A stretch of 64,000 bases of DNA from Octopus sinensis (Eukaryota). Numbering within the stretch: position 1 is the stretch's first letter; every line of letters starts with the position of its first letter. Where the stretch lies: NCBI RefSeq assembly GCF_006345805.1, contig NC_043001.1, forward strand, positions 94,550,001 to 94,614,000, given 5' to 3'. A program made the translations under genes and the position numbers. Shown here in pieces: positions 24,564 to 37,313 of this stretch. The notes beneath the pieces were generated by a model. It was not told where the DNA came from and made no database searches. It worked only from the letters and a program-made list of their open reading frames with translations.

Positions 24564-25787
24564 TATATATATTATTATTTGATTGAACGCCACGCATCCA
24601 TTTCCAAGTAAGTTTATCTTTATCATTTTGATGCGACTTAAGAACTTAATATAGTAGGTTTTAGCAGTAACATAATTAGCATCATAACAACATCAGTTAA
24701 ATCACAACTCCCCTCTCAATTTATACACGGTGATCTTGAAAAACGTCACTCTAAATTTCGATAGAGGATAAGGCATGGCAAGTGTGTCTGCAAGTCACAT
24801 TATCATACGTTTGTAAAATGAAGGCTTGAATTGAAAGAAACATTATTGCGGTAATCTACCATAATTTTACATTCACCTGAGAAGTATTATAAGTTTTTGT
24901 GATTGTGAGATATAGCTGAAATGCTGTGAAGAGAAGATAGTTCTATGAATGACTTTCTTTAAAATTACAATGGATTTTAATACAATAAATTTGAAAGTTT
25001 ATTAGAAATTCATGAGAAACGTTGCGCATGTTCGTTTCGCCGACGGAAAAGAAAGAAAGAAACGAAAGTAATTATGAGAAAAAGAAAAACTGCACAGGGC
25101 CATGTGATTCTTGCATTAACTGATATTTACGGTATACTGGTTGGATATGAAAGTCACATATTTAATTGACACAATTTCCTGAGATTAATAATGTTATTTA
25201 TTCATTATTTTGTGGAACTCATTAGCAATAGCCCTGTATAAACTTTAGAAAATTATCACAACACTTGATATCATCCACACACATGTATATAGTGTATATC
25301 TGCACGTCTGCTTTTTGATATACTTATGCATACATAGATGTATACACATATATTTACATTTTGATGTATATATACATATACACACATGTGTGTGTGTCTG
25401 TGTGTGTATATGCTTGTGGAAATATGTATATGAACCACCAAGATTTGTCGCAGATATGAGAGTTTCATATGATGGATACTGTGGAACGTAAAAATATAGT
25501 AGTATTGATTGCTCGCTAATGAGATAATCAATTATTGTGAAAGCTGTATAATAATGCGTGAGTTCTTTTTTTTCTAGAATCAAATGCATTACTGATATGT
25601 TTTTTTTCTTTTCAAATATTCATCTTGACAATTATGGTAATATGACGTAGATTAAGTCTATGTGGCTAGGTACAAATTTCATTAAAAAATATTGCTTTCA
25701 TTATCTATATTTCCTCAGGAAAGAATACACTTCGAATATCTTATGTAATTATTTTAAACAATGGCTGCAACCAATATGTATACGTAT

Positions 25788-25830
<43 letters not shown>

Positions 25831-25837
25831 AATATAT

Positions 25838-25897
<60 letters not shown>

Positions 25898-25964
25898 CAT
25901 ACATACATACATACATATATATATATATATGTATGTATATATGTATCTATGTATGCTTATGTGC

Positions 25965-26547
25965 CCTACACATAACGAGCAACTGGATTGCAGACTGGGG
26001 ATTAGATGGCTTGATGTTAGGGGTTATGTGGTCGAATAAATTATATAACAGCCATGACTGTGTTCTTCTACAAGTTCGGCATGCCATTGTTCAGAGTGTT
26101 ATTTCCAGACATAGGATCTTCCAGTAGCTACCCACTTGACCTAGAGCAGTACTAACTCCTCAAGGCTCTTGATGTAGGCCTCTGTGGTGTGTCTGAGGCC
26201 GTGCCGAAAGATGAATGGAGGCATAATGTCGTCACCACTAGAGATCACTACAAACACAATTATATTGACTGGATGTTTGATTTTTATCACTCTCGGTACA
26301 TGTTTTAGGGACATGGCAAAGAAACAGTTGTTTTGTATCTTCATCATCTGTTCGTACTTGTCCGAATGCCAAGAATTCCAGCGAGTCGTTTACAAATTAC
26401 TAGCAGAGTGAATTGCGTCATGGTGCTGTTTTTTCTCACAAAATGTGCCCAACCGTTCCTACAAAACTCTGTAGTCGAGAAAGTCCAAAAGAATGTGCAT
26501 GCGCAAAATATAAATCTAAAATAACGACAATTTCCCCATTAGAAATT

Positions 26548-26570
<23 letters not shown>
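25965..26570 (-). pseudogene. maT (DD37D)-like transposase fragment
   Basis: PRVIKIKHPVNIIVFVVISSGDDIMPPFIFRHGLRHTTEAYIKSLEELVLL*VKWVATGRSYVW resembles the KHPxxVMVxGxxSxxGxxMPPxxF segment of maT transposases. Confidence 0.7.
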
Positions 26571-26593
<23 letters not shown>

Positions 26594-27189
26594 TAAATGT
26601 GAAACAAGTTGGGTAAAATAGTACTCGAATACCGGAGGTAGAGTAATATGCTTTATAATTAAAGCTGTCAAAGCAAAAACAAAGATGTCACGAAAAACCG
26701 TTACTCAAGAGTTTGAGTTGCAGTCTTTTGGGATATTTTGGTTAAGCATTTGCAGCTCTAATAATACAGTATATAATAATATATTAATAATATAATATAT
26801 ATGTATATAAATATATATGTTTGTATATGTGTATTTATGTTTCTTTCTATATGTAAGTGTGTGTGTATACATGAGTGGAGGTACGCGTCCGATTCTTTGT
26901 GTTGGTGTACTTGTAAGTTTTCTGTATGTCCGTAATATATATTGTCATTAATCCTGTTAATATTACTTAAGGGGATCAAATCCTAGATCTATCATGCTGC
27001 GGTTGGAACTCATATACGGTAATTGTAATATAACACATTTAAGTCATTTGAGAAGATTAAAATTATATGCATATATAGAATTGTGGAATATATAGACACA
27101 AGAAAGTCTGTTATTATCACGAATTGCCGACTGCAGTGAATAAATAGAAAGCGAACGCACGATAGTAACATGAAGCTACATGTGAATAT

Positions 27190-27192
27190 ATG

Positions 27193-27245
<53 letters not shown>
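27190..27245. repeat. (TA)n microsatellite
   Basis: Direct repeat; one of many (also 7922-7969, 11258-11306, 23695-23750, 60425-60500). Confidence 0.95.
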
Positions 27246-27248
<3 letters not shown>

Positions 27249-27718
27249 TGTATGTACGATGTATATACGTGTGTATATGTGCTATGTCGGTGTGAGTGTG
27301 TACTGTCGTATGTATGTATCATATGTGGATAATTAGTATGGTTTCTGCTTACTATTTGCCAAACGTATAGAAACCTCAGGGTAGAGTTTCTAAATATGAA
27401 TCAAGACTCTGTTAGACAAGTCTTGTATGCAAGTGTGTTAACAAAAGCCGAAACATAGTGAAACGAAAACGTTATAAATAAAAACAGAAAAGTAAAAATA
27501 ATTACATTACACATACATATGTGCATGGGTCTGTGTGAGTGTGTGTGTGTGTGTGTACGTGAGCGTATCTGTGAGTGTGTGTATACAGACATGCTTATAT
27601 ATATATATATATATATGTATTCATGCATGTATATGTACATATGCATGTTTATACATATATATGTATGTATACATATATGTATATATGTATATATGTATAT
27701 ATGTGTATATATATACAC

Positions 27719-27759
<41 letters not shown>

Positions 27760-28435
27760 CATACACAGCCATGCATATATATATATATATATATGAGCAT
27801 ATGCGTGTGTGTCTATGTGTGTAAATGCATAGAGAGAGTGGAAAATCCTAGCGAAAAGCGAGTAAGAATTAGAGCGAGAGAGTGAGAGAGGAGGGGAGAG
27901 AAGGAGAGAAGAAGGGAGAGTGAGAAAAATGAAAGAGATTGTGAGAAATGGTGAAACAGGAAGAATTAAAGTCAAAATTAAGATTAGGTTTCCAAAGTGA
28001 GAGTTAATATAAAGAAAACATGATATATACTTCTGGGAAAAGCAATCATTCTTAGAACAGTATGTAAAATAAAAATCCTAATCTTTATTAATTTTAAGCT
28101 ACCGCGAAGCCACATAATTATTAACTAAAGTAAAATAATGATCCACTCGCTTCAAAGAATAAATGGTTATGGCAGTATAGAAATAAGAATTCTCTTAGCA
28201 GATTTAAAGCTTGAATAGCGTATGAGTTATACCGACATATTTAGTGCGAAATATATTAAGATGGTAATATTAATTTGAAAAGAAATTAAAAGAAGTATAT
28301 AGGCCTAGTTGCAGGGAAACCTATTATATATATTTGTGTACAAGTAGAAAACCCATATACATATGCATACATGCATAAATGCATACATGCATAAATGCAT
28401 ACATGCATAAATGCATACATACATAGTTATATACA

Positions 28436-28505
<70 letters not shown>

Positions 28506-29560
28506 CATGCAGTAATAGCTGCGAGCCAAGCGCTTCAGGGATCTCCCTTGGGGCCTCTGATGTGCATGAACACTTTTCTAGACATGCCATCAGCTAACAC
28601 TGGGAGACATACTTAACCAATTTGAGACGCAAAAATAATACAAGGACTCTCGGTGCTAATCTTTTAAGGAAATACCTATATGTCATATAGCATGAAAAAT
28701 GTGTGTGTGTTTGTAGTAAATCTATAAAAAAAACAACAACGCGAGGACGTGGTACATGTGAAATATTAGCAGACGCTCAAGAGAAGGAAGAAAGACGGTT
28801 CAACGTTTCGAGCAAAGCTCTTCTTCACATACAGACGAAAGTCCAATAGAAAAGGAAGACGAGGGAAGAAAATCGCCAAAGATTCACACGTGGAAAACAC
28901 ACACACACACGCACACACATATAATTTAACAGACACAACATATATTTTTATGTGCTACTTCTAGCTTCATGCGATAAGAACATGCCAAACAATATTCTAT
29001 AACACGTCTGACGTCGCACAACGTTAGCAAGCGGAGCACGCATAGCGTTACGAACTAAAATTTGAATAAGAGGAGAAACGAGAAAAGGCGGAATGAAGTA
29101 GAAATAGTGGAATGTTAAAACACTAGAAAACAATTGGAAAGAAGCAAAAGTGGATAAAGAGTTATCTCTCTTAAACCGTAAATTTCAGGTTGAAAAAATA
29201 GAATTTAGTGACGTCCCAATTCTTCAACAGGAAGTGAGGCATATACTTACAACCGCTGAAAATTTCAAATCTCGAGTTCAACATTGAGTTAGCGATCTTA
29301 GATCTGAAAAGGATGTGAACTCTTTCAGCTAAGCATAGTTTATTGGCAGCAGGCTGAGAGGAGGCGGCGAAAGGGGATGGTGATTTGAAATATATTAATA
29401 ATAAATTTTGTAGAGGTAGCATTTATAGTAGCTGTGCCAAGGATGGCAGTTAAAGCGGCAGTAGTTGTACTACAGGAATAATAATAAAAGTAGTCCTATT
29501 ACATTTTTCATAACCATTGAATGACGTATATTAATTATACTATAAACAATATACTTCACT

Positions 29561-29847
29561 CTGTGGTTCTCAACTGCGGTCCGTAAGGACCTTGGGGATC
29601 CATATAAGATTTTTGGCGTCCACTGATACAATAGAGTAAATTCGCGGTAATTTTTCAGGGGCCTGAAAAAGTTGTGCTTCAGTTAATTAAAGTTTATGCG
29701 CAATAAATTGGTTAAACCTCTACAATTTGAAAAATGATATAGGAGTGTTTAAACGTCGAATGGTTTTGGGGATGGGTCAACCCAAACACAAGACGGAGGA
29801 GTGAATGGGGTTCATATGTAAAAAAAAAAAACGGTTGAGAACCCCTG
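29561..29847. mobile_element. hAT (Charlie-like) MITE
   Basis: TIRs CTGTGGTTCTCAAC / GGTTGAGAACCCCTG; no 8 bp TSD recognisable. Confidence 0.7.
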
Positions 29848-30144
29848 ATTTATTGTATCACAATACCACACGTTTGTTGTCAATCACTGGGTTTCTACAT
29901 CAGTATTTTTTTTGGGGTGCTGCCCGTCGATTCAGTCCTTTTCTCCAGCGTAACATGTCTCTCATTGTAATTGTTTTCATTGCTCACCATCAAACATGCA
30001 AAATAAACAATAAACAAGAGTATTCAGAGAGCACAAACCTCCGCCAAAGCAGCACCAACTTCCCCATAACGATTAGCCAGAGATGTTCTTTTTTTTAAAT
30101 GAGAATATCTGAAATAAACTCGACTTCTCTTACAAAAGAAAATA

Positions 30145-30385
30145 CTAAAAATCAACCCGACAACTCTCACATTAATTTTAAAAAAAAACAGGAAAAAATA
30201 ATCCAGAATCTTTGTCCGGTAACGGATCTATCCCCAAAACAAATCAGTTCATGCCAGTCATGAGGCCAAATATCCCTGAAAGTTTCATCCTTATCCTCCA
30301 AGCGTTGCTTGAGATATCTTGTCCACGATTAAACAAAAGTGACTGAAAATAATAACTCTGCCTTCGCTACGGCGGAGGTAGTAAT
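30145..30385 (-). mobile_element. Helentron-associated (HINE-like) non-autonomous element
   Basis: Minus strand begins TACCTCCGCCGTAGCGAAGGCAGAG (hairpin), then GGATGAAACTTTCAGG and GATCCGTTACCGGA, a layout typical of these elements. Confidence 0.5.
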
Positions 30386-31723
30386 TAATCTTTATATAAT
30401 ATATGTGGAAATAAACCACAATTGTTCAAGTTGTAATAAAAAATATGTGATATAACATGGAAATATATGTTACCAAAATTAATCATCGAAACTACAAATA
30501 AAACCCATTTAACTCAACCTAGTTCATGTGAGGTCTTGTGGGGGTGTCGGAATAACCAAATAAATTCAATCCTATTTCGTACTATGTTTGGCAGTGTCAT
30601 TAGCAAGGTGAGAGAGTACATACTCTATGGAATTTTCTCGTACCAAGGTTGTCAAAATTAATAGTTAAACTTATCCTGGCCAACGACAATGCCTGTGTGC
30701 ACGTCATTAACACAACGGATACCATAAAGATGAGTGAAAATTCAGAATAGTTTGTAAATTCCTCGAATATATTTGTTTCTCTTTCTCGGCACGGAAAATC
30801 TGGATGCACGCATATATGGTGTTGTCGATGAAGTGTTTTTCTCATAGGCGTGTATATATGTGGAAATTTAAAGAGCAATATCAACCAACATTGTGTAGTA
30901 GATATCTTCGATTTGCACTAAATAATGGTTAGTCTACTTTATAATTTGCTATAAAAGTTAACGGAAAAATATCATTGAATCAGGTGCGTATCTCTCGGAA
31001 TTCTACTTGAATTGTCGAACAACAGCCAGTTTAGACAATATGTGAGAATCGGCTTCTTGGTACTTTGATAGCTTTCAAAGACATAACCATTAGAATCAGC
31101 AGGCCGACGTGATGAGTGCTTGTGTGTATGTATAGATATATCCTCACCCATACAAACACATATATTCCGGTATTAGTTCAATCTATCGTCTACATTGTAT
31201 AAGTTACATTGTTTCATACGTTCTTGTCTGCAAATCTAAGCATCTAAGCTTTTTCTCTCTTTCTGCCAGGTTTTTGGATGTTTATATATTTATATTGTGT
31301 AAAGATGCAAATTATATATAGGGACACGAAATATATAGATTCGTATTTTTCTTTATATCCAGTATGTCTAGATTACTGTACTCCATTGATTAACTTGCAA
31401 ATTATTGAATTTTTCATTTGGACTGCTCACAATTATTTCGTATGTGTTGTAACAGTCATTTACCCTACGAGCTATTCAAAGTTGGAACTAAACCTGCTTG
31501 TATTTGCAATACGAAAGAACATATTAAGTCAAGTGTCCGATTATATTTTGTTCAATGATAACGTATAGGATGTTCGAGCTAAATGTGATGATAATTTATG
31601 TGTACTTTTTCTGGAAAAGCTTCATATATTGCCGAACAGACAACGGCGCCGGAGAGCATACATATTACGTTGTAGTTGAGAAGTTAATTGTATCGTGATG
31701 ATTTTTGCCCTGTATCAAAATAC

Positions 31724-31957
31724 TTATTTCTTTACTACCCACAAGGGGCTAAATACAGAGAGGACAAACACGGACAGACAAACGGATTAAGTTGATTACA
31801 TCGACCCCAGTGCGTAACTGGTACTTATTTAATCGACCCCGAATGGATGAAAGGCAAAGTCGACCTCGGCGAAATTTGAACTCAGAACGTAGCGGCAGAC
31901 GAAATATTGCTAAGCATTTCGGCCGGCGTGCTAACGATTCTGCCAGCTCGGCGCCTT
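31724..31957 (-). mobile_element. Family C SINE with 15 bp TSD
   Basis: CCTGTATCAAAATAC at 31709-31723 and 31958-31972. Confidence 0.95.
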
Positions 31958-32184
31958 CCTGTATCAAAATACCGACAGTACGATTGCTACTCAATGTTTT
32001 ATGAACACTGTAAAGCCGGCAAGACGTGGTATAGACAACTGTAGCAGTCACTACAAAGCCGTGGCTAGCAGGGAGAGACCCGTCAGACATTCTGACAGCG
32101 TCCGCACACCGGTGTTTCTGGGACCACTGATGAACATACCGCTAAACTTAATTCAGATTGCTATGTGGATCTGCGGGAGTAGGC

Positions 32185-32480
32185 GGTGAATCCCTGATTG
32201 AAGGGTGTTACTTCTTGGAGGCCATAAGCGTGTCAGCAAGATACAGATCCTTGGAATACTTCAGAAAAGTGTCAGACTTTGTTGAAGGAGATTTTCTACG
32301 TCTTCACCAGTTCCACTTTCTAGACTTTTAATTCCGCCGATTGTAACCCCTTCAATTACTATGTGTTGAGAGTGCTTGAGAAAAACACCAGCCACTCTGC
32401 CTGCAAGACGAAGGCCGATCTGTGACCATGATAACGGATATGATAAGGGATATTGTGTTTTCTTTGCCTTTCATGTATAC
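32185..32480 (+). pseudogene. maT (DD37D)-like transposase C-terminal fragment
   Basis: QQDTDP, NSADCNPFNYYVLRVLEKNTSHSACKTKADL resemble QQDSAP...NSPDCNPLDYYVW. Confidence 0.65.
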
Positions 32481-32799
32481 TGTCAAATTTATACCGAATA
32501 CACTGTGTTTTCTGCCAGTGTATGCACGTGTTTTATTCCAAAAATATACTTAATTGGTGACATTACTTATTACTGGTATGTATTTATGTGTTCCCTTAAG
32601 GCTGAAACGATAAGCCGTTGTTAACTGATTCTCCTTCAGGTAACATTGAGAAACGACATCTACTCTGTATTCATAAGCAGCACATTCAAGGCAAAGTAAG
32701 CCACATATCTAGCCTTTCCATGCTGATTACATTATCAAGACGAATATACATTTATTCCATCTCCAGTAATGATTGATTGAATGCAAATAATAAAACTTG

Positions 32800-32990
32800 G
32801 TCTGAAATCTTAGCACAAAGCCAGTAATTTGGGGGATGGGGCTAAGTCAATTACATTGACCCCAATACTTATTGTACCGACGTCGATCATCGGAAGGTAA
32901 TGTCAAACTCAGCGGAATTTGAACTCCGAACCTAGAAACAAGAAATGCGGTAAGCATTTTGCCCAGCGCAGTAGTGATTTTGCCAACAAC
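32800..32990 (-). mobile_element. Diverged family C-related SINE
   Basis: CGGAATTTGAACTC (B box on minus strand), TAAGCATTTTGCCC. Confidence 0.55.
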
Positions 32991-33639
32991 ATTAAATACA
33001 AATAATATCTTAATTTTCAATTAAAATCTATACCTTCCAGCACTTTGTGAATTTGGAGTAATACTCTCTCTCTCACTCTTTCGCCCTCTCTCTCTCACTC
33101 ACTCTCTCTCTCTCTCTCTCTCACATACACACAAACACACAAACACACACTGTATATATAAAGTGCTGCAACATAATATATTCCAGTTTCGAAAATCTTG
33201 TTTTGTTTTTGTAGGAAATATTATTAATTTCTTTTGGACTTAACAGGCAGGTGCATTCCGAATTCAGTTATATATTTCCTCATTTTCTTAATAATTATGT
33301 TATCAGATTATCATAATGAATATTATGGCGATATCGTATTACTGGAACAGGTAGAGCATTCATAAATTATTTCATGATTTAAGTAATTTTTGTTGGAAAT
33401 CTAAATGGTTTCAGTTTTATATCCACTATCATTTTATTCACTTTTGTGCATTAAGTTTTGGCGTGTTCATTTTATGCCTGTGAAATTTCTTAATAATTAT
33501 TCTCTATGAAATATTCTCTTTCAGTCAACTTTTCTGTCATGCATTGGAGCAAGTTTCTCAACGGAATTTCACGTAAATTTTCTTACAGAATTAGTGCATT
33601 GTGTTTAAAATATTTCAATTCCTTAATGTAGTTGATTAA

Positions 33640-33750
33640 ATAAATAAAATAAATGAGCCCTTTTAAAGCCTAGCCAGGCTCATGGGTCCGGTTTCCCGGT
33701 TTCAATGGCGTATGTGTTACCTGCTGGACGGGATGCCAGTCCATCGCAGC
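33640..33750 (-). mobile_element. 5'-truncated SINE with V-domain-like segment and 15 bp TSD
   Basis: Minus strand GCTGCGATGGACTGGCATCCCGTCCAGC...AAGGGCTCATTTATTTTATTTA; AATGTAGTTGATTAA at 33625-33639 and 33751-33765. Confidence 0.8.
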
Positions 33751-33835
33751 AATGTAGTTGATTAATGTAATTTAGAATCGAGGGAATCCATAAGTGGGAC
33801 ATGATGCATTTTAATTAGTATAACTGCTATTCGTA

Positions 33836-34095
33836 TATAAGGGATCATATCAAAAAGTATCCTGAGCTGGTGCTATTCAAAGCAAACTACATGTATTCAC
33901 TTGGCATTTTATGTTCTTCGAAATAGGCTCCTTCTCGAGCGACACACATTATCCAGCATCGTTTCTATTGATGGAAGTATTTCTTAGACTCCTTTTTGTG
34001 GATAGCGAGCCGCTGCCTCTTCGCATTCACTTGGATTTCCATGACATCTTGAAGACCTCTAACTTTCAGGAGGGATTTATTTTTCGGCAAGAATC
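33836..34095 (-). pseudogene. mariner transposase 3' end with TIR
   Basis: CVAREGAYFEEHK on minus strand; TA-TAAGGGATCATATCAAAAAGTATCC terminal repeat. Confidence 0.65.
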
Positions 34096-34929
34096 TCGGC
34101 CGTAATAATCTTCAGCCGTGTCTCCTCACTCACTTTCACACACACGCACGCACACACGCACACGCACATACATACACACACTTATTTTCTCTGACATAGT
34201 CACGAGAGGAAATTCTGTGGTATTGTGAAACAGTCATGCCCTACACTCTACTTCGAAATACAACCATAAACAACGGAAGTGAACGAAAACCTTATCATTG
34301 AATGTGCCAGCGCAACAGATCTGAAGGCCAATATGTGCCAAATGGCTATACTCCGAGTACTTGAGCTCCGTAACCATCAGTTCAAAATCCGAAGATAAGA
34401 CATAAATGTAGTAATGCTTAGTAGACTATATTTCAGTGAGGAGGAGTAAATCTGAAATATTACCATTGTAATGGAAGCTGATGATGTTTCTATAATTCAG
34501 TTTAACGCTTTACTCTGCGAAAGCTAAAAACGTACTCGTTGTCTCTCACCTATAAACATACTGCTTTATCGTATGAGCCATGTACAACGATTCCGTAAAA
34601 GTGTACCTCGTTCACAGAGGCGCTGGTATTCTATCCATATCAGAAACGTTTAAATCATTTTACCCAGCAGTTTTTCTTGTTTATTTCTTCTGTAATTGCT
34701 TTGTTGTTTCGTAACTGTCATTTTAAAGATGTTTTGTATATCATCATTTATATCCTGGCCCCTGCTCTTTCACAATTATTGAAAATTTACTGTAAACACT
34801 TGCCTATTATTGTTTATCTTCTTGATTCATTGTGGAAGATAAGATATGTATGGGTTAGTAATCAATATGGTTTTCTTTCACATGCCTTTCACTGTGTGCC
34901 GTTCAAAAGCTGCATCGTTTACTTTCAAC

Positions 34930-35088
34930 ATATCGCTCGGCTACTAACCCCGATATTTTGAGTTCGATTCCAGGCAGTGACCTGAATAATAATAAAACTG
35001 ATGAGGACTGGAGGGTATATCAGCCAAAACGTTGTGTTAACAACAAACAAGATGAGGACAAATATCCGTCAAATGTAAATAATGTATA
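34930..35088 (+). mobile_element. Short retroposon: tRNA-like B box plus decayed hammerhead-like motif plus TAAATAATG tail
   Basis: GAGTTCGATTCC 34960-34971; CTGATGA 34998-35004; GACTG/CAGCC stem; AAAAC-GTT-GTGTT; tail AAATGTAAATAATGTA. Confidence 0.55.
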
Positions 35089-36088
35089 TGGATTATACTT
35101 CCATAAATTTGTGGATACATGTTTCATTGTTTCTGTTGAAATGCAACTCGTTATCACTTTTGGATGTTCTTTCTTGTTCATATTCTATACTTACCAAGAT
35201 ACACCCATGGACTCTCTTTTACTGATGCACTCAATACACAGTTACGACTTTACATTCGATGAATGTATTTTTATCATGTTTATAGCTTTGCTTTTGTATA
35301 ACGGAATTAAATTTAATTCCTCTATATTAATTATGAACATCAGTACGGATTGCAAGATCATTTTGTGCGCACATGCTTTAAAGATTGCATAAATAACTAA
35401 GTCATTTATTTGTTTACTGACACCACAAAGTGGATTTGAGAATTGTTAACGAGGCATTGTAAATTAACAAGCCATTTATCAAATATTCATCATCAGTTCT
35501 GTGGTCCATATCTTACACAGCACAGTACCATCCTATTTAATTGCATCTCATCTGTTATACTGAATTACGGAAACTATACAATCTACCTGTGGTTATTCAT
35601 AAAGAAGAATGAAAAGCTTAAACGGTAGTTAAAAACGCTTATTGAATTTCTCGTACATGGCATATAGTGATGCCTTTCGAGAAATTGTGTGCCTCTTGGA
35701 CGTTCTAATTTATATAGATTTCTATTCTTACTTTCCCATTAAACATGCACAGGCGATGTATTTCCGGTTAGCGTGAAGAAGGAGATGAAACATTCAGTTG
35801 CATGCATATCAATACTTTATGAATGTAATTAAAATAAGTAATTAAAAATTATTGATATGAAGGAGATCTGCTCGCATGCTTCGCATTTTATCTGCATAAT
35901 TGCGTTAGATTAATTATCAGGTGAATAAAGATATATATAAGAATTAAGCAAACAACTTTGAACATTCCAATACTTCATTAACCGCTGACATATTTCAATC
36001 TCCTACTTTTCCCGTCTCTCCATCTCCCCTCTCTCTCTTTCCGTGTATATATATATATATATTCATATATATATATTCATATATATAT

Positions 36089-36123
<35 letters not shown>

Positions 36124-36231
36124 TAATAAATCTTAGGGTAGCCAAAAAATTTTAGAAAAATTCTTGAAAAATTCTCCGCCACCAGTGGTCTAGCGAGAAG
36201 GAAATAATAGTCAATAGGCTATATAATATAC

Positions 36232-36470
36232 ATTTAAACACATAAGAGGCGACCATAATAGGACATCTGACTCACTAGAAAGAGCAGTTAAACTCCAAAC
36301 CTCTAATAGTTGTAATTCTGAAAAGGAAAGAGAAATAAGAACGTTTAGATAGGGTAAACGTTTTTATTTCTCTTTCCCTTTCAGAATTACAACAATTAGA
36401 CGTTTGGAGTTTAACTGCTCTTTCTAGTCAGTCAGATGTCCTATGATGGTCGTCTCTTATGTGTTTAAAT
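36232..36470. repeat. Fold-back inverted repeat, 116 bp arms, 7 bp loop
   Basis: 36232-36347 vs 36355-36470; 7 mismatches and no gaps by manual comparison. Confidence 0.95.
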
Positions 36471-36551
36471 ATATATACACACCGGAGTAAGCACACAAAT
36501 GTGAAACAAGTCGGAAAAAGAGCATTCAAATACCAGAAGTAGAGTAATACG

Positions 36552-36653
36552 TTTTATTTAAAAGCAGCAGAAATATAACAAAAGCTGTTATTCTGAGTAA
36601 CGTGAAACTCTAAGTAACAGTTTTTGTTATATTTCTGCTGCTTTTAAATAAAA
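36552..36653. repeat. Fold-back inverted repeat, 39 bp arms
   Basis: 36552-36590 vs 36615-36653, 1 mismatch; adjoining 36495-36560 is homologous to 26595-26660. Confidence 0.9.
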
Positions 36654-37313
36654 TACACACACACACATACACACACACAAACACACACACACACATCTAA
36701 AAACCATGTTAGAACGTTCACCAAAAAGCAGAATTATAATGGTCAGTAAAATTGACTAGGGTTTTAAAAAACACCTACGTAGCTAGAAATGATAGCTAAA
36801 ATGCTTTAATGTGGCAGTTAATGCACATGAATGAAAACATACACTAATAGGGACCATAACTGTCCGAAAACTATCGACCGAGAATTCTTAATACTGACGC
36901 GTCAGTTTCGGCAATTTCTGTTGCCATCAGCGGTTAAACCAGCTTGGTGTTCGGCTATTTCAGGTCCTGTTTCTCTATTAGCATATGTGTCTTCGTCGCC
37001 CAAATTAATGATTTAGCGATTCACTAATGTGTATACACAAATTTAATGTAAACAGCAGGCTGCAATGTTTCACTTAAATAGCCGAACAGAGAGCTGGCTT
37101 AATTGATCATGGCAACGAAAATTGCCAAAATTGACGCATCAGTCTTAAGAATTATTTTTCGGACAATTATGGTCTCTGTTAATGCATGTTTTCATTCATG
37201 TGCGTTTACTACAGTATTAAAATATTTTAGCTCTTATTTCTAGCAATGTAGGTGCTTTTTAACATCCTAGTCACATTTAGTGACAATTTAACATATAAAC
37301 ATACATACATACT

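Noticed and set aside
22752-28616. Many 60-180 aa ORFs rich in YI, CV, HT repeats (also poly-I/N/L and YLSI ORFs elsewhere)
   Set aside because: They are translations of (TA)n, (CA)n, (TAA)n and (TCTA)n microsatellites, not genes.
29192-29236. Possible 45 nt in-frame microexon (TTTCAG/GTTGAA...GGAA/GTGAGG); similar candidates at 47053-47094 and ending at 60147
   Set aside because: Splice-like signals are common by chance in AT-rich DNA and the peptides have no recognisable homology; spliced reads would be needed.
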